DNA from: the human T2T-CHM13v2.0 reference genome, Homo sapiens
DNA length: 64,000 nucleotides
Reading direction: 5' to 3' (one strand)
NCBI RefSeq assembly: GCF_009914755.1
Contig: NC_060930.1
The notes beneath the pieces are model-generated. The model was given only the letters and a program-made list of their open reading frames with translations, did no database searches and was not told the DNA's origin. Numbering within the stretch: position 1 is the first letter of the stretch; each line of letters begins with the position of its first letter. Positions 40,488 through 54,594 of this stretch are shown here, piece after piece. The translations under genes were made by a program, and so were the position numbers.

Positions 40488-40562
40488 CATCCCGGGCTGG
40501 TGGAATGGTGGGAGGGGGAGGAGGTGTGGGTGGCTCTGTAGGGGCTTCTGTTGGTTTCACAG
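40488..40562 (-). CDS. COL12A1: exon 43, Pro/Thr-rich hinge (VKPTEAPTEPPTPPPPPTIPPARD)
   Basis: AG/GT bounded, 75 nt, phase 1-1. Confidence 0.95.
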
Positions 40563-41105
40563 CTAAAATTTAAAAATAATAATTATAAAAACACACCATG
40601 TGCACATTTGATATCCCAGAAAGTAAATTTTAAGAGCAATTTAAATCCTGGATACCAAATCAAGTCGTACAAAATGAGACACCATTGTCATCGGTACTGA
40701 CATGCTGGGGATTTTATTCCATCCAAATTGATGTCACTGGTAGTCATTCAACATCCACTACAGCTACAGAAAATAAAGATCTAAAGGGAAAATGTAAGGC
40801 CTTCAGATAGGGTCAAATGAGTAAAAGTCACTAATATGAATTCACCTTCTCAGCGAGAGCCATCTCTCCCTCCTTTAGCCCTTCCTCAAAGTAGCACCAA
40901 CTCAATAACAGGGACAACTTGCAAATTGCTACAGAAAAAGGTCCTGAACCAGCTTTAGACTCCACATTCAGGAATCTGCCATCATCCCATCATTATTGCT
41001 ACCCCTACGGAGAGGTACCTGCACAGGATTCACTTAAGTCTTCCTTACCTAGAGCATTCTATTCTAAAGCCTTATGAAAGCTTTCCAGATTCCTCAAAAA
41101 CTTAC

Positions 41106-41252
41106 TGGTATGTTCTTTAACAGAGACTCCTGGTCCCTCGAGATTTGGTGTCTGCACAAAAACAGTGACACCATAATCAGTGTCTGGTGAAAGGCCAGTG
41201 AAGCAGTGACTGGTTTCTGATCCACGCACTGTAATTTCTTGTCCCCTTGTTC
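41106..41252 (-). CDS. COL12A1: exon 42, last FN3 second half ([10 protein letters not shown]...VKEHT)
   Basis: AG/GT bounded, 147 nt, phase 1-1. Confidence 0.95.
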
Positions 41253-41412
41253 CTGATTATGACAACAAAGGAAAATGCCAGTGTCATCACCAATTATATT
41301 TCAAGAAAATTTTATATCGCATTGTTATAAACAAAATGGCATCTTCTTTACTGAAATTTAAAATGTTTCCACTACATGCTCCAGATCATTTTTTTCTTTT
41401 TTACACACATAC

Positions 41413-41529
41413 CATCTGCAGGGCTTAGTTTTAGCCTGTAGGAGGTGGCTGCCCGGTGAGGTGACCATTTGACACAGAATGTATCCCACCCAATCTGGTA
41501 AGTTTTCAGATCTGTTACATTTAAATATA
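41413..41529 (-). CDS. COL12A1: exon 41, last FN3 first half ([10 protein letters not shown]...LSPAD)
   Basis: AG/GT bounded, 117 nt, phase 1-1. Confidence 0.95.
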
Positions 41530-42284
41530 CTACAAAATAAAGAAAGAAAGAGATTTACTTTGTAAATTGAGGCAAAAAGTGTACTTTTAATCATAACACA
41601 ATTTTCAAACTTTCACTGTGGCTAAAAAAAAGTTCAAAATTGTATTATGTTTCCTTATAAGAAACATACATGAATCATATTTAAAAATGTGGTACTGCCA
41701 AAATAGACCCCCCTTTCTTTCGCTGATTTTCAAGGAAAGGAAATTCCATATAGTCCCTCTCAAAACTAAGAATTTCAAAAACATCTCATGGAAAATAATG
41801 AAAACAATTTCTAAAAGGCTATCTGCTAAGTCGTTAAATAGTTATCAAAGCAATGGTGACCTTAAAATATATCTGTGGACTGAATCACACTAATCATGAT
41901 TCAATAATTAAGTCAAATTAAATCAATGAATTTAGGTAATATATATCTTGGTATCAAATGTCAAGAAGAACTAAGTAGCATCACAGATCTAATTTTACAG
42001 GTCATTCATGGATAAAATGACAATTTCTATAATTTTTATCTTTTAAAATTCAAAGTATAATATTTTATGTGAAATACACAAATTTCTCACCATATATATT
42101 TTTATATACTCAATTATAATATTTATGTATTTGAATAGGTATTTTGTCTAACCAGACACAAAATAGCCTGCCTACATAATGCTGAGGAAACATGTATATG
42201 TTCAGAAACAGGAAATTAAAACAGGCTGACCTGGTAATTTCTACTACAGTTTTTCTCACAACCATGAAAATATCCATGACTCAC

Positions 42285-42431
42285 ATGTAGTGCCTTGATC
42301 TGTCAAGGGGACACTGAGTCCAGAATCATATTGAGCATAAACATTCACATCGTAGGTGGTGCTGGGATTGAGATTGTGTAAGGTATATGATGTCATTTCT
42401 CCAACAAAGGCTTCCATGGGCTCATTGGAAC
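42285..42431 (-). CDS. COL12A1: exon 40, FN3 second half ([11 protein letters not shown]...DQGTT)
   Basis: AG/GT bounded, 147 nt, phase 1-1. Confidence 0.93.
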
Positions 42432-43508
42432 CTTTATTAACAACCACAAAAATACACAGAAACATGCCATCAATAGCATGAAATTTTGCTTAAAATTAAA
42501 GATCTTATAGTCAAAGGGTATTATGAACACGATTAATTCCATAGTCCTCATACACTTACTCACTGGGGCACATGCTATGTTATATGACAAATATGAAACT
42601 GTAAGCAGACACTGAATCCTTCACCCTCCTATTCTCAAAGCATAGCACAGTATTTGGAATATAGTAGGTATATAATCAATGTTTCTTTAGTGAATGAATT
42701 CTCAAGCTTCTTTCTCAAGCCCTATTTTGCCAACATAGTGTTTTGCGTATAGTAGGTGTCCAACTGACACTTTTTCATTTATTGTAGAGATAATTTAAGA
42801 ATTTCTATCTTGGACCTCATTCCACATACTTTGGCTGCTAAACTCCTTAGTTACCAACCCCACTTTCTTTTTTAAGTTCTCTTTCTATTTCTTACATAGG
42901 TTCAAATTTTACTTCCTTTATCTTGCCATCTCTCTTTCATGTTTTTTCTAGTTCATACTCTTACTGGATATATGGAAGATGCCCTAAGAAATCTGCATTT
43001 TTCTTCCAGTTTCTCTAAGAATACAGACAAAATATTAAAACAAAAATAACAAATAATTTAATCAAGGTGATACTAATTTAGGTGAAATTTTCAGAGGGGA
43101 TTTGAAAGCAAGGCTGTCATGAATAAGCTGCATGGAATCTATGCCCAAAATAAAATAATACCTGGGCATAGTGGGAAAAATACATAGGTATATTGATGTA
43201 ATATGCATTATTTCATGATCATATAGGATGTCTGAAGACAGGCATCTTTGATTTGTGCAACTTTATGAACCAAGTCAAACTTTTTAATCATGACATTTAA
43301 TAAGAATCTCATCTACACCTATAATAACAATGGTACTTTAGATGACTGGCTTAAAATGTTATTGCCAAAAACATTGCCTTTGGTTACAGGAAACTTGGTG
43401 TGATCTGAACTCTCAGGAGAACCCAACAGTGGGGGATGAAAGAGAAAATACCCTCATATGCAAATAACCCTCCAAAGCATTTCTATGATGACAAAGGCAC
43501 TTCCTTAC

Positions 43509-43628
43509 CCACTGGCTTATATACTATTTTATATCCAAGAACTGGAGAAGGTGAAGGATCCCAGGACACCCTGAATCTTGTATACCATTCGTCAGAGATG
43601 TGTATGTTCTGAGGAGGAAGGAGTCCCA
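43509..43628 (-). CDS. COL12A1: exon 39, FN3 first half ([14 protein letters not shown]...VYKPV)
   Basis: AG/GT bounded, 120 nt, phase 1-1. Confidence 0.95.
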
Positions 43629-44739
43629 CTGAAAACAAACATTGACACACATTACTGACCTTTTATTGGCACACAGGGAGAGCACAAAACTTTAAAAGTA
43701 TCGGTAGGAAAGCCCAATGGGAGCAATTTCATAATATCCCATAATGTCTTTATCCAGAAAACAATTAAAAGGCATTGAAGTATTCAAAAAATGCTTAATA
43801 GTTTTCCAAATTTAAACAGCAACTCAAATAGACTCAAGAACTAGTGATTTCCAGAGCAGCCTTCTCAGCAGGAAGCAGTATCCAGAGCGGAAGTGTTCTA
43901 TGACTCAGGATTATAGAAAATAAAAGAGATCTCAAATCATTTTTAGAATGTCATACATTACAGATTGTTGGAAACAGAAAGCAATTTAGAAACTATCTAG
44001 TCCAACCACTTCATCAAATACATAAGATATTATTTGCCCAAAACCACCCCAGCTACCTAATAATGTTTTTTCCCTGTACCTCTCTATCCTCCACCACCAT
44101 TACCTAGAATAAATCCTTAAGCTTCCAGAGATACTGCCCCCAAGCCCACAACTTATAAAATCAATGCTGTTCAGGTAGTATGTTAAGTAGTTGCTGAGTT
44201 TACTATTCACAGCATTGCGCAAATAACGAATCCAACTTGAAAAACTTCTTTTTCATAAGAAAAACAAAACATGACTTTGGCCCTTCCTGGAAAATCCAAG
44301 ATCTAGTTAAAAAAAATCCACTTTGATAGCATGAAATTCTGAAATATGCCATTTTCCCCAGGAAAGTCCCAAAATATAGTCTAAAATCTGAGAAAATTTA
44401 AAAAGTGAGGTTGTTAAAATCATCTTGAGTCATGTGAGTCTCCATTGACTCAGTCTGTAGACAACAATATCAATAAATACAGATTCTTGACCTTGAGAGA
44501 CTGAGCTGAGTCAACTCTAGTCCTGCTTTTCCCTTAGGAGCTTTCAAATGTCACCTCTTCAAATTCTGTAATGTTGTCAAGATCATTTAAGCACAAAAAG
44601 ACTTTTGGCAAGTGACTGCAGAAAGACACCTGAAGTCATGTTACCTAAGTAGATTTTTGGTGAATGAAGTGTAAAACAGCAATGCAAATATCTACCAGTA
44701 ACAAAACTCAGATCTAGAGTTCATCCTACCTTTATGCTA

Positions 44740-44900
44740 AACTAGTGGCTCTCAGCCATTGCTGCACATTAATTAGAACATCAGCAGGTCCAGCCCACAC
44801 CTCACATAGTTACATCAGTATCTCTGGGAGTGGAACCCAGGCGTAAGTATTTTTAAAGCTCCTCAGGTGACTGTAGCAAGCAACCACATTAGAGAATTTT
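44740..44900. mobile_element. MER5-like remnant
   Basis: agtggctctcagcc.ttgctgcacatt...atttttaaagctcc.caggtga. Confidence 0.6.
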
Positions 44901-45453
44901 TAAACCCTAAGAAATTACCACCAGTATAGTGTAAAAATGGGTCTGAACATTGATAATTCTATGCAAATTGCTTAGTACAATAAAAAATACATTTTTCTTT
45001 TTTAGAAAAAGCTAAATTTGTAGACAGAAAATGATTGCTCATCATCTCATTTCTGTATTTATGGCTTAAGATTCAATCGCAATGGAATATTTCTTACTGA
45101 TACTATATTGACTTAACAATTTAGTCTTAACTGACACCATACCAGTTGAAACATTATTCAGAGAATATGCAATAGTTTTCCAAAGAAGAAATAAAACTAT
45201 CTTAAGCGAATAAAAATATGTACATGGTCTTCTTTTTCTTCTCTTAGTGGACCTTTAAAAAGTTAAAAACAAATTCCTTTCACATGTCATCATTTTGACA
45301 AAATTTAATGTCTAATAAAAATAATACAATATTAGTGTGGTATTTGAGATGTATTGGTAAAGATAAAATTTTAGGTTTTAAAAGGTATAAAAGCAACATT
45401 AACATATTGACAATTTCAAAGCAAAAATAAAAGGGGGAGTACAAAACACTTAC

Positions 45454-45583
45454 CAGTTCTTCCATTTCCTGTTAGATGGCCACCATCTCCATCTTCATAA
45501 ACAGCAATAACAGTAATTTTATATGGAGTGTCAGGTTGCAGGGGCTGCAGTATTACATTGTTTCTTCTGCCTGGGACTGTGGT
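45454..45583 (-). CDS. COL12A1: exon 38, FN3 second half ([10 protein letters not shown]...GNGRT)
   Basis: AG/GT bounded, 130 nt, phase 0-1. Confidence 0.95.
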
Positions 45584-45749
45584 CTATAGAGGAAGTTAAA
45601 TTATAAATATATTACCATCTAGAAGACTTCCAGATCAAAAGACAGTATTGTTTTATGTATTCCCATAAACAGTAATAGTAGTTTTTTTCACATTTTATTT
45701 TTGTTACACAATGCTCGTGACAAGACAAACTATCTTCACTTCTTCTCTG

Positions 45750-45915
45750 CAGCATAGGAGAGTGGTTTTAGAATCAGACAGCTCTGGGTTCAAATCCCAG
45801 ATCAGCCACTTAACAGCCACGTGACTTAACATCTTTGAAGAAAACTGTATTAAAAGCAATGCCATGTGTGCTTCAGAACACCTTACTGAGTATTCCAGCA
45901 CTCAGTAGTAAGTTT
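45750..45915 (+). mobile_element. MIR remnant
   Basis: gaatcagacag..ctgggttcaaatcccag.tc.gccactta. Confidence 0.6.
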
Positions 45916-47248
45916 GTTTCCTTCAGATCTCATCATCACATGTTCCATTTTCATGTACAAATATGTACCCAGTACCCGCTGTGGACCAGGCACAGTGGGA
46001 CAGGTATTAGCTACTGGGAATCCACTGGTGAGCAAAACTTGACTAACTTTCTGGCCTCAAAAATATCAGTTTGGCTGACACTAGTTAGCTGAAACAGATG
46101 GGAATACATTCAACTACCTCTTCCAAGAGGAAATGAACCAGACATCTCAATCTCTCTTCTAAACCTATGCTTTGCTTCTACAAACAACATGGATAAGGTA
46201 TGCCAGTGAATCCTGGCCTGGAGTCCTATAACTACAAATGATAAATTGTATTTTTAATGTTTTCGGAAAGTAAAGGGAAATTGCATATTTGTCCATGGCA
46301 AGGCTGAACAAACACTAACCATGAGTTTCTCTGCTTTGGCAAACTAACTGTAGTAGTACTGTTTATCTCATTTTGATCAGAAACTATAAATGGTAGTTAC
46401 ATGTGTTTCTTATTAATAAAAATAGGGACTTGAATTAAAGGTTACTATATCAAGTTCCAGTAGATGAAATATTTCATCACATGGGGCTCAGGGAGGGAAA
46501 ATTATCTAAGACGATCTATGTGGTAAAAAGATGGCAAACCACAGACCTAATTTACCATCAACATCTTGTGCAATATTCTGCAAATGTATCACAGCAATTA
46601 ATCACTAAATTTCAAATAAAGCAGTTAGTTTTTCCATTTTTCCACTCATAACAAATGGATGTGCATAGTGAGGGCTATGAGGAAGCTACCAGAAACTTGA
46701 ATCTGGTTCTGGAAAGACAAACTATGACACTCAAAAAGTTTGAAGCTAATAGGAGAGTATTTATATTCCAAAACTAAAGTGTACCGCAAAATGTTAAGTT
46801 TAAAGAAAAGAGAGATCAATTAACACTGGAATATTTAAGGGAGACCTTGTAGAGGAATTAGATTTGAGGAAAGGGTAAGATTTGGATAAATACATTATTT
46901 GAATATTAACTTAGACATTCCAGAATGATAGGTATCACATTTCACTAAACTTGGTTCCTGTGGTGTCATTAGGTGGTTAGAAATGCTCAGTTAATCATGT
47001 GATAAGATAGTTTTTCTATCTGTCTTTAGAATAAAAATGAGCCCAAAGACATTGCTTCTCTGTGGTATGGGAGGCCAGAAAGACTAAGTAAGCACATTTG
47101 GGTGGTCCCAACGTCATGTCAGAGAAAATCCTAAAGTGTGACTATCAAGGACTCAACCGTACTCACAGCATACCTCTAAAGAAGTTTAACTTCACTGTCC
47201 ATTCAGCTAAGATGATAAAATGTGCCAATAAATGAGTATCAGACTTAC

Positions 47249-47391
47249 ATATTCATCAATTGGATCACCAACAGTGGGAGAATAGATGATCCTGTACTGC
47301 TGAACTGGCCCATCAGCATGATCCCAGGCTACCGAGAGGCTATTGGTTGTTTCACCAAAGACTCTCAGGTTCCTTGGTCCACTGCGTGGTA
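47249..47391 (-). CDS. COL12A1: exon 37, FN3 first half ([11 protein letters not shown]...PIDEY)
   Basis: AG/GT bounded, 143 nt, phase 1-0. Confidence 0.95.
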
Positions 47392-48009
47392 CTAAATAAA
47401 TAAAATACAATAGAGTTTGTTGCCTGCCTGTGAGCATTACCTAAGTCAGATTAAGGAGGTTGCTTGCATGTGTTTCATTCACCATTCACTCAGATGTTTC
47501 CTCCCATATAATAAAATATACATTTATGGTTTTAATGTGAAATCATAAACAGTGTATTTCAAAGCTATGGTTACATGCTGAACTTTCAGTGACCTAGAGC
47601 TAGCTTTGAAAGGTAGACTAGGAAAAAGGGGGATTATTTTAACCACTATAACTATATCTATTCAATAAAACATAAAGACTAAACCCTCACATTTCCAAAG
47701 TCCCCATTTGGTAAGATGATTCACTGCAGAGTAGAAAGAGGGAAAAAAAGAAGATACAGAGCAGAAGAGGGGAAAAAGGGGAGAAACCCCTCCTTAACTC
47801 ATGTCCCAAATGAGAACACGAACAGAAGAAGTTCACGTCACACAAACAACAGTCACAGACCCAATGTTTTCGCCTGGAATGTAAATGTAGGGGATCCCAG
47901 GCAGAAAGCACCCATCTCTCACCACCCCCCTCCCACCACTCATTCAATCAGAGAAGCCCTGCCAATCTAGCTACAAGGGAATGGAATGGAGAAAGGATTT
48001 CTGCCTCAC

Positions 48010-48139
48010 GCGTTCGGCCCTGGGCAGGGCTGGGATTTCCCTCTCCATCCGAGTACAGAGCCACAAGGTTCACGGAATAGAGTGTGTCCGGAATCAGCCG
48101 CTCCAGATGCACCATGCGCGTGTTTCCTGGCACTACTAT
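48010..48139 (-). CDS. COL12A1: exon 36, FN3 second half ([10 protein letters not shown]...AQGRT)
   Basis: AG/GT bounded, 130 nt, phase 0-1. Confidence 0.95.
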
Positions 48140-49097
48140 CTGCAGGAGAGGAAATGCCAAATTCTGCCTGACAACAACTCAAATGCTTACCAAGTCTTCA
48201 GTTAGTCATCACAATAGTATTTATAATAAAATGTTGAGCCCAGACACATCAGAAGCCAACTGTGCTTCTCCATAAGATCCACCCAGACCATATCATTAAA
48301 CAAAATTTGTCCTCAGAAATTCCCTTTCCAAAAAAGTGACCTCATCCTTGACCCTTAGTAGCTTCAGTTATCTCCGTTTATGTTTGTTATAAAGATTCTC
48401 AAATATAACATGCAAAGCTCATGATATTTCCCCAAAAAACATCCTGCATGTTAAATACACAAGAATAGGAACTCTTATTGTGGTGGGGGAGATTTTGTGT
48501 TGAAATAGAGACTCCATACAATACATACAGGTAAAGTTGTCTTAATATGTCCTACCATACATGGGCATGAAAATCAGTGTTCTTGCCAAATGCATATATT
48601 GTTAATCATTTGTTTATCTTTGTCAACACTGTTTATTTTTGCAAAGACTATAAGTCAAATTAGTTCATAGGTTTATTTTCCTTTAGGTATTCTGATACTA
48701 TGCTTATTGAAATTAGCAATTTCTGATTTCTAAATTGTTAGTCTACTTACAAAACTGAATAATGTTATGAATGAAAGATAGATTGGGCAATTTGTAAGAA
48801 CCAGTGAAGGTAAACTTTAAACTATTTTCATAACAAAGACATATTGACAAGGTCTAGCAATGATTTACATTTATTACTGGGGTTTTTAACTCATCCAGCT
48901 AATTCACATTTTCCCAAAATTCTTTTTATTCTTACTAACCCTATAATTAATACACCTACCTCAAGTCATCAAAAACAATAATTTAAGTATTATACACTGG
49001 CATGTTTGTGGTTTGTGTTCTCCCAGGCTATCAAACGTGACACAAACATGTGACTACATTCACCAGGAAATGCAGTTTCCATGACAAAATTACTTAC

Positions 49098-49240
49098 AGA
49101 TTCTGAGGGTCTTGTGCCATCCACAGGAGAATACACAACGCGATATTGCAGCACAGGTCCTGGTGCAGGGTCCCAGCGAACATCGAGGCTGTTAGGTGTA
49201 GGATTGTATACTTGGACATTTCTTGCCAGTCCTCTCATCA
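49098..49240 (-). CDS. COL12A1: exon 35, FN3 first half ([11 protein letters not shown]...RPSES)
   Basis: AG/GT bounded, 143 nt, phase 1-0. Confidence 0.95.
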
Positions 49241-50450
49241 CTGAGGAAATGAAGGCCAACATCTATTTTTTAAGTCTGTTTATATATCTCAAGCTTTTGT
49301 ATCACTTTTCCAGAACCTACATTCTGTAACAGGATAAAATGCTATCTTCTTTATACTTCTAATTACCTACACACAAAGGCAGATTAAAACTCTCCAAACC
49401 CAAATTTAGTTAAAGTTAGCAAGTATGGCCTTTGTCTATAAGGAAGCAACATTGTATTCAATTAAAAACAAGCTAATAAACGTGGTGGAACTGGATTGGC
49501 CATAAAGGGTCATGGGATAGAGAAAAGAAATAGGAAAAGTAGTTTCAGTTTTCTAACATAAGTAATGGAGAGAGGAAGAAGAGACATTTTTTAAGAGTCT
49601 GCCTTCTAAGTAAAATCTGACAACAGCTATTGAGCTCATCTGATTCAGTCAGCTAGTTTCAACCATTCATTACTTCTTCATTTAACAAATTGCTACTCAA
49701 TAACTTTGTGATTAATAGAAAAGGTAAAAGGAGAGAAAAATAAGATATACCCAGTTCTTAATTAACTGCCCCAATAGGAACTTAGAAAAACCTACCAATT
49801 AAATTGATGTACTAATTCCAAACTCTAATTTAACCAATAACATCATCTTCCTAGACCACTAATCCCTAACCAAAAGAAGACATTCATGCTTGGTTCCTTT
49901 TCACTATCAGCAAGTATATTTTTAAAGCCAAAGAAATATTTCTAAATCTGCACAAAAGCCTTTAAGCAATACTACAAAAAACAGTAAAACCACATAAACT
50001 GCTTCCTAAATGAAAGCATACAGATTTTAAGATCAAAAAAGCACTTCAACAAACAAACCAAAGACATATGAAATTAAGTAATGTGCCGAACAGATTTCAA
50101 CAATTCGCACTATGAAAGCCAATTGTAAAGTCCTTCACAACAATTTATAAAGCAGAAAGCAAAGCTCAATGAATTTTTGTCAGTGAAAGAGATTAAGCAA
50201 AGTAGTATACTGATGATTATATGTACCTTTACAAATCTTGAAATTATTTCAAAAGAAGATGCCATTATAAATTTGTTATTTCACACAAAATGTTAACATT
50301 TGGTGTTAGGAAGGTAAACTATGGCTAATTTTTATGTTTTTAATTCTATCACACCAAACTTTCCTAATTCTCTTTAATGGGCCTTTATGGTCTTTATAAT
50401 GAAAAGCAACACTTATGATGAAAAATTAATTTTTTGGCTTTATTACTTAC

Positions 50451-50580
50451 ATGTCCTTCCAGTATCTGATGTGCGTCCCCCATCACCTTCAGTATAAACG
50501 GGAACTACAGTCACAGTGTATGAGGTATCTGGCTGCAGATTCCTAAGAATGGCATAATTGGTATTCCCGGGGATTGGTAC
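50451..50580 (-). CDS. COL12A1: exon 34, FN3 second half ([10 protein letters not shown]...DTGRT)
   Basis: AG/GT bounded, 130 nt, phase 0-1. Confidence 0.95.
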
Positions 50581-51015
50581 CTAAAGATTTTAATAAAACA
50601 AAAAGCATTGACTTGAAAAATTTGTGAAAGAAATAATAATTCAAATAACACAATACCAACTCAAGACCAAGTCAAGAAGTAGGTTCTGTAATATTAGGAT
50701 GTCATAATAAGCCCCCACATGACCTGTTACAAGAGGTTACATATTTCCCTATACCCCTCCAGCCATCCAATACTCCCCACTTAGAACTTCCCAGAACGGC
50801 CACTTCTTCCCCTGGCCAGGGGGAAGAATCCTGGCCACAATCCCTCTGTTACCCAGGCTCTAAGGCATCAACTATTTACCCTCTATAAAGTCTTATTAAA
50901 TGAATATGAAATTCTTCAGCTCTAAAGCAAACTGGTTAACTCCTTCAGTTCCACTTTTAAATCACTCAGCTACCATTTAAACAAACTAGCATTTTTTACT
51001 ACAAGAAATAATTAC

Positions 51016-51155
51016 CAGTTCCTCTGGACCACCTGCTGCTGGTGCATAGAAGAGCTTGTACTGACGAGGATTTCCCTCTGCATGGTCCCAGCGGACATTC
51101 AAGGTGCTGGTAGAAGGGTCATACACTCTCAGGTTCCTTACAGTGTTTAGAGGTT
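51016..51155 (-). CDS. COL12A1: exon 33, FN3 first half ([11 protein letters not shown]...GPEEL)
   Basis: AG/GT bounded, 140 nt, phase 1-0. Confidence 0.95.
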
Positions 51156-51441
51156 CTGAAATGCACAGAAATCCCATCACAGTATAATGCTAACAATCAA
51201 GCACACATGAAACACAGATTCACTGATATCTCCCAGGCACCCTAGAACATAGCAGGCACCGCACAAACATTTGTTGAAGTAGTGAATAAACGACACACAC
51301 TGTGTCCGCGTCAGCCTGATGCATATGTCTCATCTATCCACAAGACATTTTGGTCTTAGAGCACCTTTCTATCCTAGAAAGTAACATCTTTCTCCACAAA
51401 CAGAGACAAGTAATTCCAAGCAAGGATGTTAAAAACGATCA

Positions 51442-51799
<358 letters not shown>

Positions 51800-51883
51800 T
51801 CACCCCAGTGTTTCCAGATAAAGAGATGATTCCATTCTAATAGTAGCTATTAAAGAAGCTATAGGAACTCAGGTTTCACTTAC

Positions 51884-52013
51884 TGGTCTTGCCTCTTCCC
51901 GTCATCCGACCTCCTTCACCATCAGGATACAGAGAGGATACGGTGATAGTGTAAGGAGTGTCTGGCTTCAGTTTCTGCAGGACCACACTGTTCTGCCGTC
52001 CTCCTATTGTGGT
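51884..52013 (-). CDS. COL12A1: exon 32, FN3 second half ([11 protein letters not shown]...GRGKT)
   Basis: AG/GT bounded, 130 nt, phase 0-1. Confidence 0.95.
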
Positions 52014-54594
52014 CTTGAGTAAAAAGGGTCTTGGTAAGTGTTAGCCTTGCTCTCTCCATCTCACTAATCTGTTAGAAAAAGCTCTTTCTACAGGGAAGCT
52101 GTTTGAGACCCTTGTCAAGTTCCAGAATTACATACCACAGTCAAGGTTTAACATACACCTTGTGGTATAACTTCAAATGTAAAATATGCACCTCAAATCA
52201 TAAAAAGGATTCCAAGCTTTAAACTGGTGACCCCAAAAAGATATTTCAACTTGCTAGCCGCCAGCACTGCAAAATTTCATCCAAAACACATTTCACAGAA
52301 CTCTTCAAAAAAAAAGGGGGCGGGGGGGACTAATCATAAGTGAGCTACAAAGGGACTTTAAGATACGAAACAATTGCATAATTTTAGAGGCTCCACACCA
52401 CTTAATATTATTCTTACCTTTTTAACAGATGTTTTTATTTGCTTTAGAAACACATTAAAATGATTCAGCATACAGTATAAAGCTCTTGGTGTTTCCCCCA
52501 AGAACACTGTCACTCTAACAGCCTTAGCTGTGTTAACGACATGACCAGACCTTTTGCCAGGCCACACTCAATCAGGGGTTTCCAGTTGTCTCCATGATAC
52601 CAGCCCCGTGGTATGAAGCTTTTCAGTTTACTCTAATTATGGAGCTTAAAGTTTTTATTCGTTACTTAAGGCCATCTAGCTATCTTGTTGAAAGAAAATT
52701 TGTACAATTTATTAACAGTCTACCGAATTCAGATGTTTATGTCATACTAATTAAAATCGCATGAAAATGGCACACTGCCCAAAATGAGTGCACATGTAGA
52801 TGGCTGGATGTGCTAGAACAAACCAGATGTTTCCAACTTAGCACTCATCCACTCAAGTAGTCTGAATTCCAGAGAAAAACCCAGTGAATCACGGTCATCA
52901 TCCTCAATACGGACAAACTGAACTACCGTGGCTAATTTTAATAAATTTCATATTTGAGGTTATGAGAGAAAAGTATCAATACCAGTATAAGCCATTTTGA
53001 TAAAAACTTAATACATAACAAATCTGAAAGCCTATTTAGGAGAACTGCTTTTATGAGTAAGCAGAGGGGCATCTACCTACCTCTCCCATCCAGCTCCCCA
53101 AAATAATTCTAGCATCAGTTATTCATCATTTTCATGATTTCACGGACTAGTGTTAAAATCCAAGTACCCCAAAGACTAACAAAGCTTAAGGGCTTCATAC
53201 TTTCCAGAAGATAAGTTTACGAGACTCTTTATGATAGCAAACAGCTGAAAGACAGTAAAAGAGACTTAGGAGAAGCAGCTGGAACATCAATGCCCCCAAG
53301 ATGGGAAATGCTAAGAACAAGCTTCTCCTGATTTGTAGTTTTACCGAAATCTGGCATGCCACAGAAAAAAAAGAAGTTCTGTTTCTGAAGTTAATATATC
53401 AGTCCATCTAATTTGTCTTATTTTCATATAAATGTCTATTGATTACAGTTGATATTAAGTTTATTAATTATAATCTATTTACCTAAAACAGACAAATTCT
53501 CAGTCCAAATGCATCACACTACCTAAGACTGGAGCTATAAAAGCCTCAAAAGACCAACTCAAAGTCACACTAGAGATGGGAAGGTTTCTGATTCAGCTAA
53601 GCTTACTTACTGGGTAGTATCAGAGATCTTTAACCACACACCTTAGATTAATGCCAACCCCTACCTTGGCTAATACCTCTAAACTGATAAGAGAAATGAC
53701 CCATTTGCTTGAGCTCGGCAAGTCAGATGATTAAAGGTTAATAACACATGTGTCTCTAAGGCTATATAAGAAAATATTCTAGCCAAAAAAGTCAATAAAA
53801 CTCTGTACCTCACCAAAACTGGAGATTTATTTTGAAATGAATCAGAAAACATAATCATACCTATGTAAAAATCATGAGGCTTCCTGACCTAGGATAATAC
53901 ATGCAGTTCTAATTACATAGTTCACAAAAGGCAAAGTTGTAGAAAGCCCAAAACCAGACAACTAAAGTAAGGGAGGTAAAATGGACAAAGGTTCTATTAA
54001 ATAGGGAAAGACTAGGAAGAGAAAGAGGATGAAGACTGAGTTTCGAGTCCTACCATCTTTCTTGGGGACCTCCATTTGGATAATAGAAAAATGAAAAACA
54101 GTGTAAATTAGGTTAACAGGCTCCCACATCTAGAAACACCAGATCTAGAAGACACCCTATGACATGCAAAAAACAGGGGGAAATGAGATAAATAGAAAAT
54201 AAACATTATAGGTAAGTTTAGCAAACTTTCAGCAGTTGATTAAGTTAGAGAGAGGAATGGAAGGTCAACATAGACTCAAAAACTATCTGGATATCGTCAT
54301 GGATAATCCAGCACTAATAGTTTTTAAAGGAACTATGGATGCATTGAAGCACATGCCTCATGCTTTGGGGCTGTAATGAAGAACAACTATCATCTCTCAT
54401 GAGAACATCCATTGAGTCTCCATGATGGCAATCCACGTGGAGTGCCAGCTAAAGAGTCAGATTATTCCATCCAATGCGATAAATCTTAATATCCCTTAAA
54501 AAGTAAGTATGACTAACTAAGCACTGAGGGGGAAAAAGAGTTTGAAGAGAAATGGTAGAATTAATCCAAGTTATAATTTTTATTAAAAAATTAC

